A stretch of 64,000 bases of DNA from Nitrospirota bacterium (GTDB lineage Bacteria; Nitrospirota; UBA9217), in contig CAWCKW010000006.1 in assembly GCA_963796285.1 (NCBI GenBank), positions 128,001 through 192,000 of the forward strand. The letters are read 5' to 3'. The position numbers and the translations under genes are program-made. The first letter of the stretch is position 1. Every line of letters begins with the position of its first letter. The notes under the pieces are model-generated. The model was not told the DNA's origin. It worked only from the letters and a program-made list of their open reading frames with translations, and ran no database searches. This document shows, one piece after another, positions 1 through 9,653 of this stretch.

Positions 1-51
1 CTCTAACAGGGTGTACCCGATATATAATTTCACGAACTCTAAAGGCGCTCA

Positions 52-372
52 ATGTCAAAAAACATGATCGGAAATCTCATGAAGCAGGCCCAGCAGATGC
101 AGGAGCGGGTAAAGAAGCTCCAGGAAGAGGCTGCAGGCAAGACCGTGGAAGCTTCCTCGGGCGGCGGTATGGTCACGGTGGTCGCGAACGGACGCCAGGA
201 GGTCCTCTCGATAAAAATCGATCCTTCCGTCGTTGACCCGAAAGACATTGATATGCTCCAGGATCTTGTCACCGCAGCGGTGAACGAAGCGATTCGAAAG
301 TCGCAGGACCTGATGAAAGATGAGATGGCAAAGCTTACCGCCGGCATGGGACTCCCGCCGGGGCTGATATAG
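52..372 (+). CDS. ybaB: YbaB/EbfC nucleoid-associated protein
   Basis: MKQAQQMQ...GGGMVTV..NG...D.DMLQDLVTAAVN motif; adjacent to recR. Confidence 0.95.
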   Translation: MSKNMIGNLMKQAQQMQERVKKLQEEAAGKTVEASSGGGMVTVVANGRQEVLSIKIDPSVVDPKDIDMLQDLVTAAVNEAIRKSQDLMKDEMAKLTAGMGLPPGLI

Positions 373-374
373 AA

Positions 375-443
375 ATTGCGGTTTTGGATCGTCGATTTCG
401 CATTATATTCCTTCCGCAATCCGAATTTCGCAGTCCGAAATCG
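375..443. repeat. Inverted pair of degenerate heptamer tandem repeats
   Basis: ATTGCGG-TTTTGGA-TCGTCGA-TTTCGCA ... TCCGCAA-TCCGAAT-TTCGCAG-TCCGAAA. Confidence 0.65.
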
Positions 444-445
444 AT

Positions 446-1144
446 ATGATACAAGGTGAACAAGACAGGACGGTGGTCGAGAAGGAACAGGCATCCCGGG
501 CCGTCTCGCCCGCGAAGCGACAGGGGAAAGCCGGCGCGCAGGTGGCCGAGGTTTCCGGCAAGACACTCGGCAGGATGGTCGAGTCGTTCATGAAGCTCCC
601 CGGCATTGGTAGAAAGAGCGCAGAGCGCCTCGCGTTCGCTGTGCTCAGCATGCCGCGGGAAGAGGCGGCCGGGATCGCGCAGGCTATCCTGGACCTCAAG
701 AACAACAGTCGCTATTGCACGGTCTGTCATAATATCACCGAGGATGAGATTTGCGCCGTGTGCCGTGACGAGAGACGGGACAGCTCCCGCATCTGCGTGG
801 TGGAGGAGCCGAGCAACATCCTGGTCCTTGAAAAGAGCGGTATCTTCCGGGGCCGTTACCATGCACTGATGGGCGCTCTCTCGCCGCTCGACGGGATTGG
901 TCCGGAAGAGCTCACGATCGACGGTCTGATGGTGCGGCTGAAGAACGACGTGGTCAAGGAAGTCATTATAGCGACGAACCCTACGGTTAAGGGCGAGACC
1001 ACCGCCCTCTACCTGTCTAAGCTGATAAAGCCCCTCGGTATCTGCGTAAGCCGCATCGCCTACGGCCTGCCGGTTGGCGGGGACATAGAGTATGCGGACG
1101 ATAATACGGTCCTGCGGGCACTTGAAGGCCGGCGGGAAATGTAG
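446..1144 (+). CDS. recR: Recombination mediator RecR (true start may be GTG at 542)
   Basis: LPGIGRKSAERLA HhH, CxxC...CxxC zinc finger, Toprim VVEE...ATNPT..GE, RIAYGLPVGGDIEYAD. Confidence 0.97.
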   Translation: MIQGEQDRTVVEKEQASRAVSPAKRQGKAGAQVAEVSGKTLGRMVESFMKLPGIGRKSAERLAFAVLSMPREEAAGIAQAILDLKNNSRYCTVCHNITEDEICAVCRDERRDSSRICVVEEPSNILVLEKSGIFRGRYHALMGALSPLDGIGPEELTIDGLMVRLKNDVVKEVIIATNPTVKGETTALYLSKLIKPLGICVSRIAYGLPVGGDIEYADDNTVLRALEGRREM

Positions 1145-1277
1145 GGGGAACAGCTAATAACAAATACGTTCCAATCACCAATATTAAAAAAGAACGGACA
1201 TTGAACTTGTAAAATTTAAATCCTCATGCAGGTTTTGGTAGCTGGAGCTCAGGATTAAATTTTCGGAGGGCAAGATT

Positions 1278-1853
1278 ATGGCAGAGATGATAGAAATAAG
1301 ATGGCACGGCCGGGGCGGTCAGGGGACCGTGACGGCGGCCAAGGTGCTCGCCGATGCCTGTTTGAGCGGTGGTCGCAACGTGCAGGCGTTCCCGGAATAT
1401 GGACCTGAGCGCGCGGGAGCGCCGCTGCGCGCCTATAATCGGATCAGCGAGAAGATTCTCAGGATGCACTGCCCGGTGTTGAACCCGGGTGTCGTGGCGG
1501 TCGTCGATGCTACGCTCCTGGACGCGATCAACGTGGCCGAGGGCGCGAAGGACGATGCCGTTTTCATCATCAACACGGGCAAGGACCCGAAAGAGGTGCG
1601 GGCGAAGTTAAAGGCAAAGCCTTCCCAGAAGGTCTTCACCGTTGATGCATCCAAGATCGCAAACGAGACCATCGGCAGGAATATGCCGAACTCCTGCATG
1701 CTCGGTGCAGTGAATCGCGCCACGTCGATCGTGACCATGGAAGTGCTGCTCGATGATGTGAAGGGCAGCTTCGGAAAAAAGTTCGCGCAGAAGATCATTG
1801 ACGGGAACCTTGCCGCGGTGAAACGCGGGTACGAGGAGGTACATGAAGGATGA
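1278..1853 (+). CDS. porC: Pyruvate/2-oxoacid:ferredoxin oxidoreductase gamma subunit
   Basis: EIRWHGRGGQG, FPEYGPERAGAP. Confidence 0.93.
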   Translation: MAEMIEIRWHGRGGQGTVTAAKVLADACLSGGRNVQAFPEYGPERAGAPLRAYNRISEKILRMHCPVLNPGVVAVVDATLLDAINVAEGAKDDAVFIINTGKDPKEVRAKLKAKPSQKVFTVDASKIANETIGRNMPNSCMLGAVNRATSIVTMEVLLDDVKGSFGKKFAQKIIDGNLAAVKRGYEEVHEG

Positions 1854-2143
1854 AACAGATGAACTGGAAACAGCTGCCCCATGCCGGCACGGTATTGAAG
1901 GCGGGGAATGCGAATGAATATAAGACCGGCTCATGGCGGTCGCTCAAACCACGCTGGATCGAGGAGAACTGCATCCAGTGTCTCTTCTGCTGGATCTACT
2001 GCCCGGATTCCGCGGTCCTGGTGAAGGATGAAAAGATGATCGGATACGATTACGACCACTGCAAGGGCTGCGGTGTTTGCGCTATGGAGTGCCCGGGCAA
2101 AAAGGGCAACAAGGCCATTGTCATGGAAGAGGAGGGCAAGTAA
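1850..2143 (+). CDS. porD: Pyruvate/2-oxoacid:ferredoxin oxidoreductase delta subunit (2x[4Fe-4S])
   Basis: KTGSWRS, CIQCLFCWIYCP, CKGCGVCAMECP; ATGA overlap with porC. Confidence 0.93.
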   Translation: MKQMNWKQLPHAGTVLKAGNANEYKTGSWRSLKPRWIEENCIQCLFCWIYCPDSAVLVKDEKMIGYDYDHCKGCGVCAMECPGKKGNKAIVMEEEGK

Positions 2144-2144
2144 C

Positions 2145-3335
2145 ATGGCTGTGACAACGACAAAGACCGTGGCGGTCACCGGCAACCAGGCTGTTGCAGA
2201 GGCGCTCCGCCAGTTAAACCCCGATGTGATGCCTGCGTATCCTATCACGCCGTCCACCGGCATCATGGAGTCTTTCACCTCATTCGTTTCGAACGGGAAG
2301 GTTGACACCGAGACCATCCTTGTCGAGAGCGAGCACAGCGCTATGAGCGCTTGCATCGGCGCTTCTGCAGCGGGCGGCAGAGTGGCAACGGCCACGAGCG
2401 CTCAAGGCTTGGCCCTCATGTGGGAGATGCTGCACATTGCCTCGGGCTACCGCTTGCCGATCCTGATGGCGCTCGTGAACCGGGCGCTCTCCGCGCCGCT
2501 CAATATTCACGGCGACCATTCCGACGGTATGGGCATGCGCGACTGCGGCTGGATCCAGATCTTTTCCGAGAATGCCCAGGAGGCGTACGACAATACGATC
2601 ATGGCGTATCGCATTGCCGAGCACAAGGATGTGCGCCTGCCGATCGCGGTCAACATGGACGGGTTCATCATCAGCCATTCGATCGAGAGCATGCAGTTCC
2701 TCCCTGATGATGAGGTGAAAAAGTTCGTGGGCGACTATATCGCGATTGATCCGCTCCTGGACCTTGATAATCCCAAGAGCATCGGCGCGCTGGTGCTGCC
2801 GGACTACTACATGGAACACAAGCGCGCCCAGCACGAGGCGATGGTGAACGCGAAAAAAGTCATCCAGGAGGTATCCGCAGAATTCGCCAAGCTCTTCGGC
2901 CGCGAATATGATCTGTTCGAATCTTACCGCCTTGAAGACGCCGAGGTCGTTCTCGTCGCGCTCAACTCCGCCGCGGGAACGATCAAAGACGAGGTCGATC
3001 GCTACCGTGAAAAGGGCGTGAAGGCCGGACTGCTTAAGCCCCGCGTGTTCAGGCCTTTCCCGTATGTGGAAATCGGAGCTGCGCTCAAGAATGCCAAGGC
3101 GGTCTGCGTCATGGACCGGGCGGATTCCTACGGCGGCTACGGCCCGCTCTTTATGGAGATCGCGCCGGCCGTATACCCCTATCGCCAGGGACCGCTCCTG
3201 TTCAACAAGATCTACGGTCTCGGCGGCAGGGATCTGATGCCCCTCGATGTTGACAAGGTGATCGACGAGACCATCGAGGTCGCGAAGACCGGCACGGTCA
3301 AAATGGTGAAGGACTACATGACGGTTCGGAACTGA
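2145..3335 (+). CDS. porA: Pyruvate/2-oxoacid:ferredoxin oxidoreductase alpha subunit
   Basis: GNQAVA, AYPITPST, ESEHSA, NRALSAPLNIHGDH; ATG 2145 after GGAGG. Confidence 0.94.
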   Translation: MAVTTTKTVAVTGNQAVAEALRQLNPDVMPAYPITPSTGIMESFTSFVSNGKVDTETILVESEHSAMSACIGASAAGGRVATATSAQGLALMWEMLHIASGYRLPILMALVNRALSAPLNIHGDHSDGMGMRDCGWIQIFSENAQEAYDNTIMAYRIAEHKDVRLPIAVNMDGFIISHSIESMQFLPDDEVKKFVGDYIAIDPLLDLDNPKSIGALVLPDYYMEHKRAQHEAMVNAKKVIQEVSAEFAKLFGREYDLFESYRLEDAEVVLVALNSAAGTIKDEVDRYREKGVKAGLLKPRVFRPFPYVEIGAALKNAKAVCVMDRADSYGGYGPLFMEIAPAVYPYRQGPLLFNKIYGLGGRDLMPLDVDKVIDETIEVAKTGTVKMVKDYMTVRN

Positions 3336-3385
3336 GATCAATTTCCCATTCGGCCTTCACGGAAGGTTGCGTAGAGGAGAACACA

Positions 3386-4342
3386 ATGAGCACACCGACA
3401 CAGGAAAAACCCTTAACCCTGAAATCCCTGACGCACAAGCCGGAACAATTGACCGGTGGGCACCGGATGTGCTCCGGCTGCGGCGCGCCGACCATCGTAC
3501 GTCAGGTTCTCATGGCCATCGACGAACCGGTCGTGATCGCGAACGCCACCGGCTGCCTGGAGGTATCGACCTGCCTGTTCCCGTACACGGCCTGGAAGGT
3601 GCCGTGGATGCACAGCGCGTTCGAGAACGCAGCAGCCACGGCCTCTGGGATAGAGACCATGTACCGATCGCTGCGGAAACAGGGAAAGCTTAAAAAAGAA
3701 ATGAAATTTATCGCCTTTGGCGGCGACGGCGGTACCTATGATATCGGGTTCCAGGCCCTCTCGGGCGCCATGGAGCGCGGGCACCAGCTGCTCTACATAT
3801 GCTACGACAACGGCGCGTACATGAATACCGGCATCCAGCGCTCGAGCGCTACTCCGTTCGGCGCGGACACGACCACCCAGCCGGTGGGTTCCCTGGTCAA
3901 GGGTAAAACGCAGCGCCGTAAGGACCTGACCCGCATCATGGCAGCGCACAACGTGGCGTATGCGGCCCAGGCCTCGCCCCACAACTGGAAGGATCTCATC
4001 ACCAAGACCAGAAAGGCCCTCGCCACGAACGGCCCGGCGTACATGGGAGTTGTTTCACCCTGTAACCGCGGGTGGCGATCCCAGACAAACGACTCAATCC
4101 TGTTGTCGCGGCTTGCGGTCGAGACCTGCTACTGGCCGCTGTATGAGGTACAGGATGGGAAATGGACCATCAACTACGATCCCAAGGACAGGAAAAAGCC
4201 GGTCGCCGAGTGGCTGAAACCCCAAGGCAGGTTCAAGCATCTCTTCGCCCCGGGCAACGAAGCTTTGCTCGAGAAGTTCCAAAAACTGGTGGACGATGAC
4301 TGGGCGAGCCTCAAAAAGCTCCAGGAAATGTCCAGAAGCTAA
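3386..4342 (+). CDS. porB: Pyruvate/2-oxoacid:ferredoxin oxidoreductase beta subunit (TPP-binding)
   Basis: GHRMCSGCG, TGCLEV, GGDGGTYDIG...YDNGAYMNTGIQRS. Confidence 0.94.
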   Translation: MSTPTQEKPLTLKSLTHKPEQLTGGHRMCSGCGAPTIVRQVLMAIDEPVVIANATGCLEVSTCLFPYTAWKVPWMHSAFENAAATASGIETMYRSLRKQGKLKKEMKFIAFGGDGGTYDIGFQALSGAMERGHQLLYICYDNGAYMNTGIQRSSATPFGADTTTQPVGSLVKGKTQRRKDLTRIMAAHNVAYAAQASPHNWKDLITKTRKALATNGPAYMGVVSPCNRGWRSQTNDSILLSRLAVETCYWPLYEVQDGKWTINYDPKDRKKPVAEWLKPQGRFKHLFAPGNEALLEKFQKLVDDDWASLKKLQEMSRS

Positions 4343-4367
4343 CATCCACATAAAAAACAGAAAGATC

Positions 4368-4398
4368 ATAGCCGGGGAGACGCATACCCGGCTATTTT
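4368..4398 (+). terminator. Intrinsic terminator after porB
   Basis: ATAGCCGGG...CCCGGCTAT followed by T run. Confidence 0.6.
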
Positions 4399-4508
4399 AC
4401 TTATGTTACTATGTAAAAAAACGCTTGAAATCTAGACATTAGTATGGTTTAATGATTTAGTTGTGTTGGCTGCAGTCCGGGCAGCGTAATAAGTGAGGAG
4501 ACGCAGAC

Positions 4509-5003
4509 ATGCTGGGTTCCGATTTGGTGATGTATGATGAAGAATTTAAGCAGATAGACGCCGAACTTCAGCGCCTCCTTGCCCAGGCGAATGCAAAGGT
4601 GGTATTCCTTGTTGATAAGAACGGCCAGCTGATCGCAGCCACCGGCGAGACCGAAAACCTGGACACCACGTCGCTCGCCTCTCTTACCGCCGGAAATATT
4701 GCGGCCACCGGCGGTATGGCAAAGCTTCTCGGTGAGAAGGAGTTCTCTATTCTTTTCCACGAAGGCGCGCGGGACAATATTCATATCTCCATCATCGGCC
4801 AGCGGGTCATCCTGGTGGTGATCTTCGACCAGCGTTCATCGCTTGGTCTTGTACGGCTCCGGGTCAAGAAGAGCGCAGAGATACTGGGCAGCATATTCGG
4901 CCAACTCCTTGTGAAAGTAGAAACAGAAAAGGGTTCTGGCAAAGCAGCAGATTCCCCCTTTGCAGAGATTACCGACGAAGATATTGATAAACTCTTCGGA
5001 TAA
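4509..5003 (+). CDS. mglB: MglB roadblock/LC7 GTPase-activating protein
   Basis: [48 protein letters not shown]. Confidence 0.95.
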   Translation: MLGSDLVMYDEEFKQIDAELQRLLAQANAKVVFLVDKNGQLIAATGETENLDTTSLASLTAGNIAATGGMAKLLGEKEFSILFHEGARDNIHISIIGQRVILVVIFDQRSSLGLVRLRVKKSAEILGSIFGQLLVKVETEKGSGKAADSPFAEITDEDIDKLFG

Positions 5004-5053
5004 CCCAACCTCAAATATTCCCTGCGCTCAGTAAGGAGAGGAATTACCGTCCC

Positions 5054-5650
5054 ATGTCTTTTATTAATTATTCATCGAGAGAGATCAACTGCAAAATCGT
5101 TTACTACGGCCCGGGCTTGTGCGGGAAGACCACCAACCTGCAGTGGATCTATAAAAAGACCAATCCCGACAGCAAGGGTAAGATGATCTCCCTGGCTACC
5201 GAGACCGAGCGGACACTATTCTTCGATTTTCTCCCGCTCGCCCTTGGTGAGATCCGCGGTTTCAAAACCCGGTTCCATCTTTACACCGTACCCGGCCAGG
5301 TATTCTACGACGCGAGCCGGAAACTGATCCTCAAAGGTGTGGATGGCGTGGTGTTCGTAGCCGATTCGCAGATCGAGCGTATGGAGGCAAATATCGAGAG
5401 TGTCGAGAACTTGCGCATAAACCTGGCGGAGCAGGGCTATGATCTTGATAAACTCTCCTATGTCATCCAATACAACAAACGGGACTTGCCGAATGTCGTG
5501 CCACTTGAAGAAATGAAAAAAGCGCTCAACCCTAGAGGCCTTCCGGACTTCGAAGCCTGTGCAGTGGACGGGACCGGCGTATTCGACACGCTCAAGGCAA
5601 TTGCAAAGCTGGTTATCATGGAGCTGAAAAAAGGCCAGGAAGTAGGATAG
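5054..5650 (+). CDS. mglA: MglA small Ras-like GTPase
   Basis: [35 protein letters not shown]. Confidence 0.97.
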   Translation: MSFINYSSREINCKIVYYGPGLCGKTTNLQWIYKKTNPDSKGKMISLATETERTLFFDFLPLALGEIRGFKTRFHLYTVPGQVFYDASRKLILKGVDGVVFVADSQIERMEANIESVENLRINLAEQGYDLDKLSYVIQYNKRDLPNVVPLEEMKKALNPRGLPDFEACAVDGTGVFDTLKAIAKLVIMELKKGQEVG

Positions 5651-5744
5651 GGTTCGTTGCGGAATGCGGATTGTGCAAAGCGGAACGAAGAACAAGCACT
5701 ATCGCTGGCCTCATAGAGACGATGGTTTCCTCGTAAATAACCCA

Positions 5745-5773
5745 TTGACAGAACAGGTTTAATGTGGTATTTT
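5745..5773 (+). promoter_or_regulatory. Sigma70-type promoter of tRNA-Asn
   Basis: TTGACA-17 bp-TATTTT with extended TG. Confidence 0.65.
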
Positions 5774-5804
5774 TCCAGCCTGATTTCCTTCCCAAAACCG
5801 ATAT

Positions 5805-5880
5805 TCCCGGATAGCTCAGCTGGTAGAGCGGGTGGCTGTTAACCACCATGCCGCAGGTTCGAGTCCTGCTCCGGGAGCCA
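5805..5880 (+). tRNA. tRNA-Asn (GTT)
   Basis: 76 nt cloverleaf: acceptor TCCCGGA/TCCGGGA, anticodon arm GGTGG-CTGTTAA-CCACC, GGTTCGAGTCC T arm, encoded CCA. Confidence 0.97.
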
Positions 5881-7476
5881 ATCAAGTCCAAAACTGGGCA
5901 CTCTCCCTCTCATTGGGGATCGGGTGCCCAGTTTTTTTCCTGCAATAGCCGCAGCCAGCGCCACATGACTTCCACGGACACAGACCCTGTTGCCCTCGAC
6001 CTTGATTTCATCCACAAGCAGCCTTAAATACTCTTTGCCGAACGAAGGGGAGGACTTATCCAACAGCTTGCGTTTCAACGACGAGCAGAAGGCATTGACA
6101 TGGCCCGGTTTGATATGATCCAAAGGCAACTCTTGTTCACGCCGCAGACCCGCGATTTCTGTTAATATTTCTTGCCGTCTGGCTTGATGCTTGTGGACTC
6201 GCTCCTGTAAGGTAACATCCAGCGGCAGCAAACCTTTCTCAACAGCCTCATACAGACGATCAGACTGGGTTTTGAGGTTATCCAGTTCTTTTGTTAATGC
6301 TTTCAACTGGTCATTGTGCGAGGAGCCGGATTTCTTCTGAGCATGTAACAATTCTGTCAACATGGTTTTGACTCGCTCAGGTTTAAAGACGCGATCCGCG
6401 ACAGCCTGTAATACAAGACCGTCCAGTTTTTCCATAGGGATATTATTGCTCTGGCAGGTCTTGCTTCCTATCTGGTTGATCCGCGTTGAACACTTGTAAT
6501 AGTGATACTTCCCGCTCTTGCCGGTTGCAAGGGTCATCCTTGCCCCACACTCCCCGCACCGAAGAAGGCCGGTCAGAAGGGTAGGAGAATTCACGATCCG
6601 AGGCGGCACCTTTGCCGGAGAACGGTCAACGCGGCGCTGAGCTGCGAGGTTGAAGGTCTCAATGTCAATTATCGGCTCTACAGCAATCTGCACCCATTCA
6701 GATTGAGGCTTGCGCTTTCTGGTTTTCTTTTCAGTTTTATTAAAAAAGTATTCGCCAACATAGGTTCGATTGGCAATGAGGTCATAAACAAGAGTCTTGT
6801 TCCACTTTCTGCCTCGCATAGTAATGCCCCGGTCATTAAGAAGGGAAGCAACGCCCTTTACTCCGAGCACCCGGCCTTGATGACCGTACAGATACAGCTT
6901 GAAAATATCCTTCACTATGGTTGCTTCTAACGGGTCTATTACAAGTTGTTTCTTATTACCTCTTCTACCTTGCAGCGGAAATTCTTTCGTTCCATAGCCG
7001 TAAGTAGGTTTTGAACCGTTAAAATAACCTTGCCGTGCGTTCTCTTTCATTGCGCGAAGTGTGTGTTTCGAGTTTTCCTTGCTCTGATACTCATCGAACA
7101 AACCGAAAATGCCCCTTGCCATCTCGCCGGCGGAATCATCGCCTGTTTGTTGAGTGATAGAGATTAAGTTGACTCCGTGTTTCTTTAGACGTCGATCATA
7201 AATGGCAAGCTGGACATGATCCCGAAAGAATCTCGAAAGACTATGCACGATTAACGCACTATATGGAGCAGGCTCGGCGCAGGCATCGGAAATCATTTGC
7301 TGAAATACCGTCCTTTTGTCATCCATGGCCGAGGCTCCCGGCTCGATATATTCCAACGCCACACTGTGGCCATGCGCCTTGCACCACTCACGCATTTGAC
7401 GCAGCTGATCAGGAATAGATAAATCTTTCTCAGCCTGTCTACTAGTTGATACTCGTGCATAGAGAGCTACTAACAT
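5839..7476 (-). CDS. Large serine recombinase (integrase)
   Basis: YARVST catalytic Ser, SRFFR, recombinase domain, zinc ribbon (CGECG...YYKC...C), coiled coil; GAGGAG RBS before ATG 7476; C-terminus read from antisense tRNA. Confidence 0.93.
   Translation of the reverse strand: MLVALYARVSTSRQAEKDLSIPDQLRQMREWCKAHGHSVALEYIEPGASAMDDKRTVFQQMISDACAEPAPYSALIVHSLSRFFRDHVQLAIYDRRLKKHGVNLISITQQTGDDSAGEMARGIFGLFDEYQSKENSKHTLRAMKENARQGYFNGSKPTYGYGTKEFPLQGRRGNKKQLVIDPLEATIVKDIFKLYLYGHQGRVLGVKGVASLLNDRGITMRGRKWNKTLVYDLIANRTYVGEYFFNKTEKKTRKRKPQSEWVQIAVEPIIDIETFNLAAQRRVDRSPAKVPPRIVNSPTLLTGLLRCGECGARMTLATGKSGKYHYYKCSTRINQIGSKTCQSNNIPMEKLDGLVLQAVADRVFKPERVKTMLTELLHAQKKSGSSHNDQLKALTKELDNLKTQSDRLYEAVEKGLLPLDVTLQERVHKHQARRQEILTEIAGLRREQELPLDHIKPGHVNAFCSSLKRKLLDKSSPSFGKEYLRLLVDEIKVEGNRVCVRGSHVALAAAIAGKKLGTRSPMRGRVPSFGLDWLPEQDSNLRHGG
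5873..5882 (+). repeat. attL core (3' end of tRNA-Asn)
   Basis: GGGAGCCAAT identical to 11192-11201. Confidence 0.85.
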
Positions 7477-7637
7477 AGTGTTTACTCCTCTTCTTGAGAG
7501 CATTGTATAAGAACATCTTTTATTATATCCGATAAATGTGATTGCAAAAGCCTGACCTCATTTTCAGTTATACGATCATTAGATAACTGGATATCGACTT
7601 CAATTATTATCGGCTCAGGTTTCCTCTTTTCGCTCAA

Positions 7638-7865
7638 TCATGGCGCACCGCCTTCTTTGCTCAATGTCCTGCCCGATCCGTCCCATTCCTGACCACATGT
7701 TACCCGTGTTAACTCTTTTACAAGCCCATCTCTGCCAAATTCGCTTAATACAAGCAAACGAAATGTAGAATATTGACTCGGTGTTAATGGCAATAATTCG
7801 GCATAACGTAGAATATTCTTTAGTCGTGCGCTGACGAGGTGTTCTATTTGCTCTTTAGTTACCAT
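7638..7865 (-). CDS. 75-aa hypothetical protein coupled to rep (candidate directionality factor)
   Basis: ATG overlaps rep stop (ATGGTAA); lies between rep and integrase. Confidence 0.6.
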   Translation of the reverse strand: MVTKEQIEHLVSARLKNILRYAELLPLTPSQYSTFRLLVLSEFGRDGLVKELTRVTCGQEWDGSGRTLSKEGGAP

Positions 7866-8950
7866 TTTCCCAGTTGCATTTCCTTGACACGCCGCTTCAC
7901 TTCCACATCCCAATCAAGGTATTCATGAACCCTACGCAGCTTCAGCCCGAAATGATCCAATGCCGCTTTATATCCAATGACCGGCAGACCGGATTGAATA
8001 CAATAAACCGCACCGACTCGTTTTAAATAGCCGTACATCGCGATGACCATGCGCATCATGCGTTCTTCTAAAATAGCTTCATCGTCGTAAGCATTGCACA
8101 CGCCGAGATGATTCAACATTCCGATTTCTTTCTGTAAGTCTTGCCATAAAGGATGAAGCGGCCAGCGGGATCGGTGGGAATCTCCGTTTGATTGCCTCAG
8201 AGTATCATGTTCATGAGAAAGATAACGCAGCAGGTCGCCATGCTGTCCTTGCAGGTCGTCGAAAGACACTATGCCGAAGCGCTTTAATATTGCCTTCCTA
8301 ATCTGCCATTCAATGCGCCAGACATTTTCCTTTTGTCCCCATAAGTTAAAGAACCAGACCTTGCCGCTCTCTTGCTCGATTTCAGCGACCTTATCATAGA
8401 CGCGAAGCACAATATCACCTTTGCCGAGAGTGAAAGTCTGCACCTTGCCGTTTTCACGGTGCTGGCTGTCCTTCCTAGAACGACTGACAAAACTATCCAA
8501 ATTAAAATCAACAAGAGGCAGATTATAATCAAAGGTGAAATCCACGCGGGAGAGCTTTTCCGATATAATTGGCTCAAAGCCGATAGACCTGGCCCACGAT
8601 AAAAACTTATCGTGCAGGATAAAGGCCGATTGACGCCAAAGCGCTGCGCTCCTAAACGTAACGTAAAAATTAGGCGACATGAATTCGCTGATCTCTATCT
8701 TGAAATCATTGTTTACAATAACGAAGGTATAGCCGGAGGATGTTCCGTAAGGTTGTAACAGAAATTCAGAATCGCCGAGCTTCACAGGCAGAGGATGTTT
8801 CCTTTTCGATTGACGAATTGTCTCTTTTTGCTCAGCAAGCCTTTGGAAATCGAGGCCCGACTGCCCTGCACTCTGAAGGTAATAAGCGCATTGAACGGTA
8901 TCAAGACCATGAAGAATTAATTTGATTTTATCTACAGTCATTTTAATCAC
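7859..8950 (-). CDS. Rep_trans-family replication initiator/relaxase
   Basis: GLDTV, LSRVDFTFD, TFTLG, LRVYDK (catalytic Tyr), WRIEWQIR. Confidence 0.88.
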   Translation of the reverse strand: MIKMTVDKIKLILHGLDTVQCAYYLQSAGQSGLDFQRLAEQKETIRQSKRKHPLPVKLGDSEFLLQPYGTSSGYTFVIVNNDFKIEISEFMSPNFYVTFRSAALWRQSAFILHDKFLSWARSIGFEPIISEKLSRVDFTFDYNLPLVDFNLDSFVSRSRKDSQHRENGKVQTFTLGKGDIVLRVYDKVAEIEQESGKVWFFNLWGQKENVWRIEWQIRKAILKRFGIVSFDDLQGQHGDLLRYLSHEHDTLRQSNGDSHRSRWPLHPLWQDLQKEIGMLNHLGVCNAYDDEAILEERMMRMVIAMYGYLKRVGAVYCIQSGLPVIGYKAALDHFGLKLRRVHEYLDWDVEVKRRVKEMQLGKW

Positions 8951-8985
8951 TAAAGTGAATGCTCATTAACTTCGCAAGCATTTTC

Positions 8986-9291
8986 TTATTTATTCTTCTT
9001 AGTTCGCTTCTTAATCTCCGGTTCGTTTTTCTCTTGACCAAATAAGTCCAGGACTTTATTTGCAGCTTCTTCATTCAAACCAAAAGCCTTCATGATTTTC
9101 GGTCTCATATATCTATGGACTTCTAAAAGGTCCGGGTTATTCTTAAGAATTCGTTTTAACTCCCGGTTATCGCTTGTTGATGCGCATATCATCACCCAAC
9201 GAGCAACCGCAGACATACTAATCTTTCGTGGTAATTCACGAGCCGCAGCATAGCTAGAATCGTCTAAGTATATGTTAGTTCTTACTGCCAT
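8986..9291 (-). CDS. Ribbon-helix-helix (CopG-like) regulator
   Basis: N-terminal RTNIYLD strand then helices (ISMSAVARW); GGAGGG RBS before ATG 9291; first gene of rep operon. Confidence 0.65.
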   Translation of the reverse strand: MAVRTNIYLDDSSYAAARELPRKISMSAVARWVMICASTSDNRELKRILKNNPDLLEVHRYMRPKIMKAFGLNEEAANKVLDLFGQEKNEPEIKKRTKKNK

Positions 9292-9331
9292 TGATTCACC
9301 CTCCCTTGGTTTATCTATACCACACGTAGCA

Positions 9332-9360
9332 ACATTAACACACATGACACACCTTGTCAA
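9332..9360 (-). promoter_or_regulatory. Promoter of RHH-rep operon
   Basis: Minus strand TTGACA-17 bp-TAATGT; spacer contains repeated GTGTGT (possible operator). Confidence 0.65.
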
Positions 9361-9416
9361 GCAAGAAATAATTAGTAAGTTCAGATATGGCTATAATAGA
9401 TAAACCCAGGCACACT

Positions 9417-9449
9417 GGCCTTCCCCTCGCTTCGCTCCGGGGAGTGGCC
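9417..9449 (-). other. GC-rich hairpin, candidate single-strand origin
   Basis: GGCC-TCCCC...GGGGA-GGCC arms with GAGCGAAGCGA on minus strand. Confidence 0.45.
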
Positions 9450-9547
9450 TCTTCCGACGTAATTCTAAACAATTATTGACATATATCAACAAACGTGATT
9501 ATATATCCTTGTTTTATAACACTGACCAGAAGGAAGATGGATTTATC

Positions 9548-9572
9548 ACCCCCCGTGTTACTGATCCGGGGG
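9548..9572 (-). other. Candidate double-strand origin/oriT nick site for Rep_trans
   Basis: Minus strand CCCCCGGATCAGTAACACGGGGGGT: poly-C/poly-G stem around TAACA, as in Tn916/ICEBs1-type nick sites. Confidence 0.7.
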
Positions 9573-9653
9573 CCGAAGGCGCAGGATGTTAGGCATTCTT
9601 CTTGCTAAACTGGTAAAGAACGAAAATTCGTGCTTTACTAGCCATGTGCGGCT

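Noticed and set aside
446-541. Novel N-terminal extension of RecR
   Set aside because: Probably an over-extended start call; GTG at 542 gives normal length.
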